A DNA stretch of 60,302 nucleotides from Acutalibacteraceae bacterium (GTDB lineage: Bacteria; Bacillota; Clostridia; Oscillospirales; Acutalibacteraceae). Positions 17,801 through 25,327 of this stretch are shown piece after piece; position 1 is the stretch's first letter; every line of letters begins with the position of its first letter. A model generated the notes under the pieces. It was given only the letters and a program-made list of their open reading frames with translations, searched no databases and was not told the DNA's origin. A program made the position numbers and the translations under genes. The stretch is taken from NCBI GenBank assembly GCA_045221075.1, contig JBGUWL010000147.1, positions 1 through 60,302 of the forward strand. Direction: 5' to 3'.

Positions 17801-20800
17801 CTGACGTACCGTTTTTATAAAAATCAAACCCGTTCATCTTACCGTTTTCAATGTCAATATTTACTGTCTGCTTGCCGTTATTATTATTATTGAAGATCAC
17901 ATACTTTGCGCCTGAAGGAGGAATAACCTTATAGATTTTCTGTCCTTGATCGTTAGTCTTGAAAAATTCAACACTTCTGCCCGGCCAGTCATATCCGAAC
18001 TTATTTTCACCGTTCCAGAAATATGCTTTTACGGTTCCATACAGACCATAGCCGTCATCATTATCGGTAAAGTAGATATAGTCACCGTCTGCATACATAT
18101 CACCGATAAGAAGGTCATCTTCATTTGCAAGAGTGGGTTCGGGCTCGGGCTCGGGATCCTCCGGAGGAGCCTCTACCACGCCGTACTTGGGATAAACATC
18201 ATCGGTAGGAATAACTGTGGGAGCTTCGGTGCCGATATTTCTGTCAAGGAAGATATACTCACCGGGTTCAAGCTTTCCGACAGTATAGGGTACTATTTCA
18301 GGATCACCGCCTGTAGCAGAGCCTGTTACGGTAGATATCTTGAATTCGCTGTTCTTATACTCCTGAACATAAACATACTTGAATACAGTGTAGGGATCTT
18401 CAAATGTAGACATTACCAGTTCATCGTTGATCTCGCCTCTTAAAGCGTCACCCTGAAGTGTTGAATAAACGGTAACCATTTTTCCGAAGGAGACAACGTT
18501 AATGTCATTGATAACAGCCACAAGATTATCGTCTGCAACGTTGCTGAGTTTTATGGTTGAGCCGGCAGTAACGCCACTTGGAAGAATAACCTTTACGGCA
18601 ACACTGCTGTACAGTTCTTTACTGATATCCACATAACTGCACTTATATTCGGGCTTGCCCCATGATACGAAATCAGTATCATCAGCGGGAGTAGAGGTCA
18701 TTGAACCTTCGGGATAACGTTCAACGGTCATTCCGTTGGTACCAACGGAATTGTCAATGATCCAGAGTCTGACGCTCTTATTTTCAGTTTTGATCTGAGA
18801 GATAGTGCCCGCAGGCTTCTTAATGGTATAAGCCTTGATTGCAGCATCAAGTTTATCTGCAAGTGCATTAAGCTCTGACTGGGTGGTAACACCGCCTGAC
18901 TTGCCGCTTACTGCATCCGAAACAGCTTTGTCAAGTGCTGTAAAGGTATCTTCTGTGCAGTCGACCTTTTCGGGATTCTCCGCAGTAGGCAGAAGGGTTC
19001 TTGCCTGGTCGATGAGAGGATCAATAACAGATGTATCAAGTGACACAACGGCATGCTCAGTCAGTGCAGTATACTTGTCCTGAAGATTATTCTTTGCGTT
19101 ATCGATAGCTGTCTGACTTGTAAACTTCAGATTCTTTGCAGCTCTTGCCTCATCGTAAGCAGTCTTGAATTCTGAAAGATAAGGCTCCTCAAAATCTGAA
19201 GAGGTTTTGTTATAGAACTCGAAAGTAAGGTCAAGGAGAGCCTTCAGATCGTTCCTGTAGATCCTTGAGTTGTTCATCAACTGAAGATCCTGGGACAGAG
19301 CTGTACATACGCTGTTTACTTCCTCGATCGTAGTACTGGAGTAATCAGCCTGAATCGTCTTTGCACGCTGGTATGCGGAGGGCTCAGGAGTACCTTCGCC
19401 TATAAATTTCTTGTAGGTATCATAGTCGAAGGAACCGTTTGCTTCCATTGCGGTCACGGTATTGTCACCGGATACAACAAGGCTGTTGAGCCATGTAAGA
19501 TCATCACCGGTAACACCGCGGGGTACGAGCTTGTGTTCACCTGTACCGTTAATAATGTCAAGGATGACTTTTTCAGCTGCATAATACTTTTCATCAGCCT
19601 GCTGGATCCTCAGGGAATCTGTAGGACCGGGCTGATTGACAATGAAGTTCTTATCATCAAGAAGAGCACGAGCGGCAATAATCGCATCGGTCAGATACTG
19701 GAAAGACTCGGGTGTATACTCGTTGGGGTCATAACGTCCTGCCTCTGAACAGGTTTTGTTCAGAGCGTTACGGCCGCTGGTGGAGTTAAGACCAACATCA
19801 CCATAGCGGACACTGGGTGTTGCCTTTGTGGTGAAGTCGGCGATCTTTGCATGGATGGTTACATATTCATCCTTGCTTCTGTTTTTGCCAAGAGATGTCA
19901 TTGCATCGTTCTCAGAGCTGTATTTCTCAAGGCTGGAGCCGTTAAAAACAAAGAAGAACTCTTTGTGCTCTGAGCTGTTCTCAATACCGTAAGCGGACTT
20001 TGCGGATCCCACGGCGGAAAATGTAATATTGAAGTCTTTGTTTGTTTCTATATTTGCTGCCCACCAACCGCAGCCTTCGTACTCCATGGTAATGGGGCCG
20101 GCAGTTTTGTTGCCGGAATGGAGGAAGCTCTGGCCTGTGATTGCAGATCCGTCTGCATTGGCATAAGAAACAGAGGGAGCCGCAATGGAGGGTGTAACTG
20201 CATTGTCATCGATTCCCTTCATACGGAAGTGTACGGTTGTCTTGGGGTTCTTTACATATACAAGAACGGTGTCTTCAAGACCCTTCTTTCCGTCCCAACC
20301 GGGGCCCTTGAAATACTGGGTGTAATAGGTTCCGTTAGGTCCGCCGGACTTGGGTGTGTCAAAGAACTCAAAGTAGATGTTTCTGTCGCTGGAGTCAAGG
20401 TACCACAGATGGAACATTTCGTTGGTCTGTGAGTCATAGACGTTCCATGCGCCGCCCGTTGTTCCGGGAGGACAGAGAAGTGAGCCCTGACGTGCGAAAA
20501 TGATATTGAACCACGGAACCAGTCCGGGTTTAACGAAATACTCACCTGTGAACCAGCCGTTACCCATATCGGCAAGAATACCGTTAGGACCCTGCTGGAG
20601 CTTTTTGGATTCGTCATCGGTGAGACGCCACTCTGCATTAGGCTTTACTGCCTCGCTGGAGGTATCATCGTTGAGCTTTTGGACCTCATTTCTGCTTTTT
20701 ATAACAGAGTCATAGAAATAGCTGTTGTCGCCGTTGCTTTCATCGTAATCTCTGTAAACACCGTTATCCACATCATCACGGTATGTCCAGATGTAGTAAG

Positions 20801-21380
20801 TAAGCTCATAGTCCATGCCTGTGGGCTTTTTAACGTTAAGGGTAATACTCGGATCATATCCGTCGCTGCCCTTGCCGCGTGATCCCGGGGGGATCGTAAG
20901 TCTGTTGGGGCCTGAGGAACCAACAGTAAAGGAGACGGAGAGACGAGCCATCTTATTCTTGTTGCCATAGGCATCGGAATAGCGGCTGTATGCCGTCATG
21001 TGAAGTGTGGCAGGATTGGAGTTCACGGCCTGAACGAACTCAACATGAACGTATGTTACAGCGTTTTTGGTTTCGTTAACGTTCTTGGTAATATCAGCGC
21101 CCTGTGAAGTGGTACCGCTGGGATCTTTCATTACCATGTACTCAACAGAAATGGTTGAATAATCATCGACATTTGTCGAATAGTAAGACCGGGCATATTC
21201 CAACGCGCTCTTTACATTCATATAAGCCTGTCTTCCGCTGATATCAACCGATGTTGTCGACATACTGTTAAGTGCGATAAACAGAAGCGAACTTGATATC
21301 AGTATCAGAAAGCAGCTTATTGCAATGGCAAGCGGCAAGGAAAAACCCTTTTTACTGTTTTTTACAACAGTATTCTGCAT
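14829..21380 (-). CDS. Giant (2183-aa) modular pilin-like protein; putative pilus-tip adhesin with CBM25/26-like and FIVAR-like modules
   Basis: The N-terminus KKG|FSLPLAIAISCFLILISSSLLFIAL is a prepilin-type leader plus hydrophobic helix, with Leu instead of Glu at +5. It starts 25 nt after the second minor pilin gene. Internal modules are described in the findings. Confidence 0.8.
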   Translation of the reverse strand: MQNTVVKNSKKGFSLPLAIAISCFLILISSSLLFIALNSMSTTSVDISGRQAYMNVKSALEYARSYYSTNVDDYSTISVEYMVMKDPSGTTSQGADITKNVNETKNAVTYVHVEFVQAVNSNPATLHMTAYSRYSDAYGNKNKMARLSVSFTVGSSGPNRLTIPPGSRGKGSDGYDPSITLNVKKPTGMDYELTYYIWTYRDDVDNGVYRDYDESNGDNSYFYDSVIKSRNEVQKLNDDTSSEAVKPNAEWRLTDDESKKLQQGPNGILADMGNGWFTGEYFVKPGLVPWFNIIFARQGSLLCPPGTTGGAWNVYDSQTNEMFHLWYLDSSDRNIYFEFFDTPKSGGPNGTYYTQYFKGPGWDGKKGLEDTVLVYVKNPKTTVHFRMKGIDDNAVTPSIAAPSVSYANADGSAITGQSFLHSGNKTAGPITMEYEGCGWWAANIETNKDFNITFSAVGSAKSAYGIENSSEHKEFFFVFNGSSLEKYSSENDAMTSLGKNRSKDEYVTIHAKIADFTTKATPSVRYGDVGLNSTSGRNALNKTCSEAGRYDPNEYTPESFQYLTDAIIAARALLDDKNFIVNQPGPTDSLRIQQADEKYYAAEKVILDIINGTGEHKLVPRGVTGDDLTWLNSLVVSGDNTVTAMEANGSFDYDTYKKFIGEGTPEPSAYQRAKTIQADYSSTTIEEVNSVCTALSQDLQLMNNSRIYRNDLKALLDLTFEFYNKTSSDFEEPYLSEFKTAYDEARAAKNLKFTSQTAIDNAKNNLQDKYTALTEHAVVSLDTSVIDPLIDQARTLLPTAENPEKVDCTEDTFTALDKAVSDAVSGKSGGVTTQSELNALADKLDAAIKAYTIKKPAGTISQIKTENKSVRLWIIDNSVGTNGMTVERYPEGSMTSTPADDTDFVSWGKPEYKCSYVDISKELYSSVAVKVILPSGVTAGSTIKLSNVADDNLVAVINDINVVSFGKMVTVYSTLQGDALRGEINDELVMSTFEDPYTVFKYVYVQEYKNSEFKISTVTGSATGGDPEIVPYTVGKLEPGEYIFLDRNIGTEAPTVIPTDDVYPKYGVVEAPPEDPEPEPEPTLANEDDLLIGDMYADGDYIYFTDNDDGYGLYGTVKAYFWNGENKFGYDWPGRSVEFFKTNDQGQKIYKVIPPSGAKYVIFNNNNNGKQTVNIDIENGKMNGFDFYKNGTSGGKHTVGSVKIANQVVTPDVTYADDYIYITNNYNFENLHIYFFDGTTVGAAFPGYQLTEVYKTNEYNQTVYKIKPPAAAKKFVVNNGTSDKQTKDISFTVGNGYYFTGGSGSAHDMQPWPSGNPGGTGGSTGGTGGGTYSQPGVNEADYNATDYKMAFVGGFKVRVQNKSYMDVYGEGNKLNSNKHIIGSGNRFGGTNGNEESDGRLGLADLSPYFDWYDFKIPVSSKATYTFTLTGMNPSSPTTQTKIVKNAVGDVWLEMLSNYNGGSGHYQNLNLYTFDPEEDQIGDNLTVYFRLPEGWSNLTATVNGPFISDPQPVNMTNHLTRYGHTNYYYLNNISKNSPFITFNVNKPAEGGTSTPMEFKTSLRGGSMLLFDPEADDEYGAKGAWVEFESDQMKLKKAIQKLRSSYYGCNLIGQYNDEGGISSSSQRYYSNGLLNMYSNYSTIKETSGGTFFITTNVDSWSEGDAYSALNTIEARLTNYTTLYSLLGDARSAISAPLSNSYMTNHKIHGGGGGNYPEYLASGLMSRRYTNDSMESLKRKMAAAEEVFLNDSTNAQLISAIDNLKRAIDGLETESEGGIILIFYDAQKKVDEGSNFKVRYTLSSSVTGFKEEKLTEYNPERYPCITLHPGVDTIYNVEFLEKSRTDSSYKPCGKSKSEINMDEVWVYVDTASNPYWSKNTTSDYREITTDIFVQDTASETQMYNMKKSSSNTYQSMTLLFNTTATVELFGGDSYVIKAGSYFFDNADVKQNEDSPVYGSGKINLFSQAAKNYFTQSKNIGDYVEGEADLNGKTIGAGKVFDASTTWHNGFTFQSGTNTAPNGSYVNITADSGNLAASTIRYDFFSNKGLSFRWDSTDPLYTKPTVKMYATEFKFAFEGTLDGASKSLNRAHFYLYSCDNTANSMIVEFRTDIAVKYRDEMGKIHNFGIREGKYLIEKSNNNSKYIADLYDETYWKSFLHVKYIGRATANEGGTGTGGSLKKPTYSN

Positions 21381-21405
21381 TCATAAAACCCCTTTCTTTA
21401 TGATT

Positions 21406-22014
21406 TTACTGAACAAAAGCTATAGCCTTTGTTGTACTGTCATTCTCGATCTTACATACATCACCGACATCATCAAACGAAGTGTTTATCTGGGTCATAG
21501 GAGTATCGGAATCCGCATTGTTCATAACGATGGTTCCGTCAAGCTTATAACCCTCGTTCATCTCGATCACATAATCGACGTACATGAAGCACTTTTCGGA
21601 CAACGAATCATCCTTCTGAGGCTTATGCTTCTTGACCTGTACCTGAACACTCTTTGCCTTATGATAGGAGATCGTCGTTACAACGGGAGGCTGTCCGATA
21701 GCGGTAACCTCACTTCTCACGGTCTTCAATGTTCCGTCGTTATCAAAATAAATGTAATACGCTGAGACATCGTTCAGCGGAACGGAACTGGAATTGACAA
21801 GGGACACTGAAGCGCCTACCTTTGATGCGCTGAGAAGAAAATCCTCTATTTCAAGGGCGTTATCCTGTTCGGTTGAGGTTGTCTGTGCAGTGGAGTAATT
21901 CTTGATAGCCTGCGCCACCATGCCGACTCCCAGTCCGGCAACAATACTGAGCACGCCTATGGTAACTACAAGCTCTACGAGAGTAAAACCACTCTTAGAT
22001 CTGAATTTGTTCAT
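21406..22014 (-). CDS. Minor pilin (prepilin-type N-terminal cleavage/methylation domain)
   Basis: The N-terminus MNKFRSKSG|FTLVELVVTIGVLSIVAG has the canonical G/F-x-x-x-E motif. Confidence 0.8.
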   Translation of the reverse strand: MNKFRSKSGFTLVELVVTIGVLSIVAGLGVGMVAQAIKNYSTAQTTSTEQDNALEIEDFLLSASKVGASVSLVNSSSVPLNDVSAYYIYFDNDGTLKTVRSEVTAIGQPPVVTTISYHKAKSVQVQVKKHKPQKDDSLSEKCFMYVDYVIEMNEGYKLDGTIVMNNADSDTPMTQINTSFDDVGDVCKIENDSTTKAIAFVQ

Positions 22015-22032
22015 GATTTACTACCCCCTTCA

Positions 22033-22578
22033 TCAGCCCGGATCCTGGTGCTCATAGGGAATGAACGAATGGTTCACCAAGGATCCCCTTGAACTGTAAA
22101 CATAAGACTGAACATAGATTCCCTTTATGGTGTACTGTTTTGCGCCCTTCTGCACCTTGCTGGATGCATCAAGATCGATGGTGTACTGTGTCTCTACTCC
22201 TGCAGCAGGGAATACATTCTTGTCATAGTAAAGAACAGTGCTGTCGAAAGTCTTTGCAGCAGCGTGTACAGCATTGCCCGGATCCGAATTCGGGCTCTTG
22301 TTGCTGGCAGCGCCGAAGAAATACTCCTGAGCCTCTGCCTTATCGTAGAATCCCAGCTCGCTGATGCTCTGAAACAGAAGTTCATTCAGCGAACCGCCTT
22401 CAACAGCGCTTTTGTTCACGTCTGCATTATAGAGAGTTGTCGAGTAGCCGTTTGTCATTGCGCTGAGAGTTGATCCAAAAACAATGACAATGATAGTTAT
22501 GCCGACAACAAGCTCTACCAGAGACATACCTTTTTTGGAACGCAGCTTCGGGATCTTTTGCCGTAATCTTTTTTTCAT
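22033..22578 (-). CDS. Minor pilin (prepilin-type N-terminal cleavage/methylation domain)
   Basis: The N-terminus ...LRSKKG|MSLVELVVGITIIVIVFG has Glu5 present. Confidence 0.8.
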   Translation of the reverse strand: MKKRLRQKIPKLRSKKGMSLVELVVGITIIVIVFGSTLSAMTNGYSTTLYNADVNKSAVEGGSLNELLFQSISELGFYDKAEAQEYFFGAASNKSPNSDPGNAVHAAAKTFDSTVLYYDKNVFPAAGVETQYTIDLDASSKVQKGAKQYTIKGIYVQSYVYSSRGSLVNHSFIPYEHQDPG

Positions 22579-22644
22579 TTACTCGTCCTCCTTTTGATAG
22601 TTTGCGAAGTAACCCACTCTTCGACTTATATTTATTCATATATT

Positions 22645-22672
22645 ATTATACTATAAATAGAAATCAATTCAA
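22645..22672 (-). promoter_or_regulatory. Candidate sigma-A promoter of the minor-pilin/giant-adhesin operon
   Basis: Minus strand reads TTGAAT-N16-TATAAT, about 60 nt upstream of the ATG at 22578. The AT-rich context raises the false-positive risk. Confidence 0.45.
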
Positions 22673-22849
22673 TATTTTTCGAGTATCTTTTTCTACAAAC
22701 ATTAACTCAGATTTTTGTGCATCTTTCCGTATGTTAAGAATGGGGTTGTTATTATCAACACCTATCAACAGCTATTTATGTATGTATTATATATAATTTC
22801 AGGCATTTTCATTATTTGTACAATTTATTACCCATCGTTAACAAAAAGT

Positions 22850-22881
22850 AAAAAAAGAGACCGGACAAACGCCCGGTCTCT
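22850..22881 (-). terminator. Strong terminator after pilC
   Basis: Minus strand reads GAGACCGG-GCGTTTGT-CCGGTCTC followed by TTTTTT. Confidence 0.8.
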
Positions 22882-22894
22882 ATGAAAATCAAAA

Positions 22895-24151
22895 CTATGA
22901 GGCTGCGGAATCGGCTGCGCCGCCAACCAGACTGTACATACCGAACATGGGAAGGATCATGGAGATTACCAGTGTTGCAACAACTACACCAATAACAACA
23001 GTCATGATAGGAGTCATCATGTCAGTAAGCTTCTGGGTAGACTCATCTGTCTGGGATTCAAACAGATCAGCCATCTTGTGAAGTGAATCGCCAAGCATAC
23101 CGGATTCCTCACCGACTCGGATCATCGAAACGAGGATCGCATCAAAAACAGGATGCTTTGCCATAGCGTCGTGAATGGTAACACCGATCTGTACGTCGTC
23201 AAGGACTGCCTGGACCTTTTCACGGACAAACAGGTTAGGAACAACGTCTCTTGCAAGACCCATGGCCTTATGGATCGGGATACCGGCATCTGTCAGAGTT
23301 GACATCAGTCGGCAGAACCTTGCAAGGGAACTCTGACGGATAATGGGACCAACAAGCGGGATCTTAAGCTGAACCTTCGCCCATCCCATGGCAAAATCCG
23401 CATTGGTTTTCTTCAATGTTCTGAGTCCGATAACGATACCGGCTATAACAATGATTATCAGCCACCACCAATTTATAAGCAGGTCTGAGAAGCCCATCAT
23501 GAACTTTGTAAGTCCCGGCAGATCGCCGCCGAAGGCCTCATAAACGCCCGCAAAGGTGGGAAGAACGAATACTGTAAGGATGATAACAACGATAATAACG
23601 AGAGCCATCAGGAAAGCAGGATACATAAGAGCGCCTCTGATCTTACCGGTCAGAGCCATATCCTTCTTACATATCAATGCGCACTGCTCAAAGGCTTCGT
23701 CAAGTCGACCGTTTGCCTCACCGGCTTCAACAATGCTGATATAGATAGGGGGGAAACCGGCAAAGTTTCTCATTGCCTGAGAGAGAGTAAAACCACTGTA
23801 GAGATTCTCGTTGATCTCTCGGAGGATCTTTCTCATGCTGACGTCCTTTTCGGAGTCGATCATGATCTGCATCGAAAGAGACAGGTTGATACCGGCCTTC
23901 ATCATCATACCCAGCTGGTTCATAATCATAAGAAGCTTCTTGGGTTTAATCTTTTTGGTATGGATATCGCCGCCCAGGTCCATCTGCCAGATACTGGTGG
24001 GTTCATCATCTCCGCCGCCGACGCCGACGAGGTCCTGAACAACGAGTCCTTTTTCACGGAGTATATTGGTAGCCTCGGCCTGGGAATCAGCTTCGATGGT
24101 ACCTTCTTTTTTCTGGTTTCTGGCGTTCATCGCCACATATTTATACTTCAA
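22895..24151 (-). CDS. pilC: Type IV pilus platform protein PilC (T2SS F family)
   Basis: 418 aa. It has duplicated GspF-type domains and three TM regions, and sits after pilT/pilB. Confidence 0.9.
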   Translation of the reverse strand: MKYKYVAMNARNQKKEGTIEADSQAEATNILREKGLVVQDLVGVGGGDDEPTSIWQMDLGGDIHTKKIKPKKLLMIMNQLGMMMKAGINLSLSMQIMIDSEKDVSMRKILREINENLYSGFTLSQAMRNFAGFPPIYISIVEAGEANGRLDEAFEQCALICKKDMALTGKIRGALMYPAFLMALVIIVVIILTVFVLPTFAGVYEAFGGDLPGLTKFMMGFSDLLINWWWLIIIVIAGIVIGLRTLKKTNADFAMGWAKVQLKIPLVGPIIRQSSLARFCRLMSTLTDAGIPIHKAMGLARDVVPNLFVREKVQAVLDDVQIGVTIHDAMAKHPVFDAILVSMIRVGEESGMLGDSLHKMADLFESQTDESTQKLTDMMTPIMTVVIGVVVATLVISMILPMFGMYSLVGGAADSAAS

Positions 24152-24165
24152 AGCTTTTCACTCCC

Positions 24166-25212
24166 TTATCTTCTTGCGTCAGTATCGCCGATATCAAAGT
24201 TCCATGCTCTTGCGATCTGTTCGGTGATAAGTCCCTGAGCAAGGAGGTTATCGATACTCTTGCTCATGGTGATCATACCGTACTGCTGACCAAGCTGGAT
24301 AGACTGCTGGATATTTGCTATCTTGTTTTCACGGATAAGGTTACTTATAGCGGTGGTAACGAACATGATCTCAAACGCAGCAACACGTCCGCCGGTTGCA
24401 CGGGGAAGAAGTCTCTGAGAGATAACAGCCTTAAGTGAAGTAGAAAGCTGTACACGGATCTGCTGCTGCTGATCCGGCGGGAAGATATCAACAAGACGGT
24501 CGATGGTCTTTGCAGCACCCTCTGTATGTACGGTTGAGAATACAAGGTGACCTGTCTCGGTTGCGGTAAGGGCGATCTGGATTGACTCACGGTCACGCAT
24601 CTCACCTACGAGGATGATATCGGGGTCCTCACGCATTGCAGCACGAAGAGCCATAGGATACGAACGGCTGTCAAGACCGATCTCTCTCTGGTTAATAATG
24701 CAGCGCTTGGGGGTATGAAGGAACTCAACAGGGTCTTCAATAGTGATAATATGGCGGCTCTTGTACTTGTTGATCTCATTGATAAGAGCAGCCAGAGTTG
24801 TAGATTTACCGGAACCGGTAGGTCCGCACATCAGAACAAGACCAGAGTTAAGGTCAAGGGTCTTTCTGATGGAATTCGGCAGGTTGAGGGTCGAAAGCTC
24901 AGGAACCACGCTGTTGATAACACGAAGTACAAGAGCTGTGCCGTTACGCTGTCTGAAAGCGTTGGCTCTGAAACGGCCGCACTCACCGATCTCTACGGCG
25001 GCGTCGGCCTCACCTGTCTGAAGGAAGGTCTCAAATCTTGACTTGTTGAGCACCGCCTTGATAATAGCGGTTACCTCTGCTTCATTCAGCGCAGGGTCAT
25101 TGGTAAAGAACACATTACCATGAAGACGATAAGCCGGATGGTTACCGGATGCAATATGAATGTCGGAAGCACCCTTTGTTACGGCTTCTTTGACAAGGCT
25201 GTAAAAATCCAC
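24166..25212 (-). CDS. pilT: Twitching-motility retraction ATPase PilT
   Basis: 348 aa with a GTG start. Motifs are ASDIHI, Walker A GPTGSGKSTT and GHLVFSTVHT, with PilT-size architecture and no N-terminal extension. Confidence 0.88.
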   Translation of the reverse strand: MDFYSLVKEAVTKGASDIHIASGNHPAYRLHGNVFFTNDPALNEAEVTAIIKAVLNKSRFETFLQTGEADAAVEIGECGRFRANAFRQRNGTALVLRVINSVVPELSTLNLPNSIRKTLDLNSGLVLMCGPTGSGKSTTLAALINEINKYKSRHIITIEDPVEFLHTPKRCIINQREIGLDSRSYPMALRAAMREDPDIILVGEMRDRESIQIALTATETGHLVFSTVHTEGAAKTIDRLVDIFPPDQQQQIRVQLSTSLKAVISQRLLPRATGGRVAAFEIMFVTTAISNLIRENKIANIQQSIQLGQQYGMITMSKSIDNLLAQGLITEQIARAWNFDIGDTDARR

Positions 25213-25327
25213 TTAAATCTACCCCATTCGTTTTAAAATTTGAATAACTCAGGAACACGCCGCAGAACAGGCACAGCAGCCGGCGATAGCGACAGCCGGA
25301 CTGACCTGACTCAGCCGGACCTGAATA

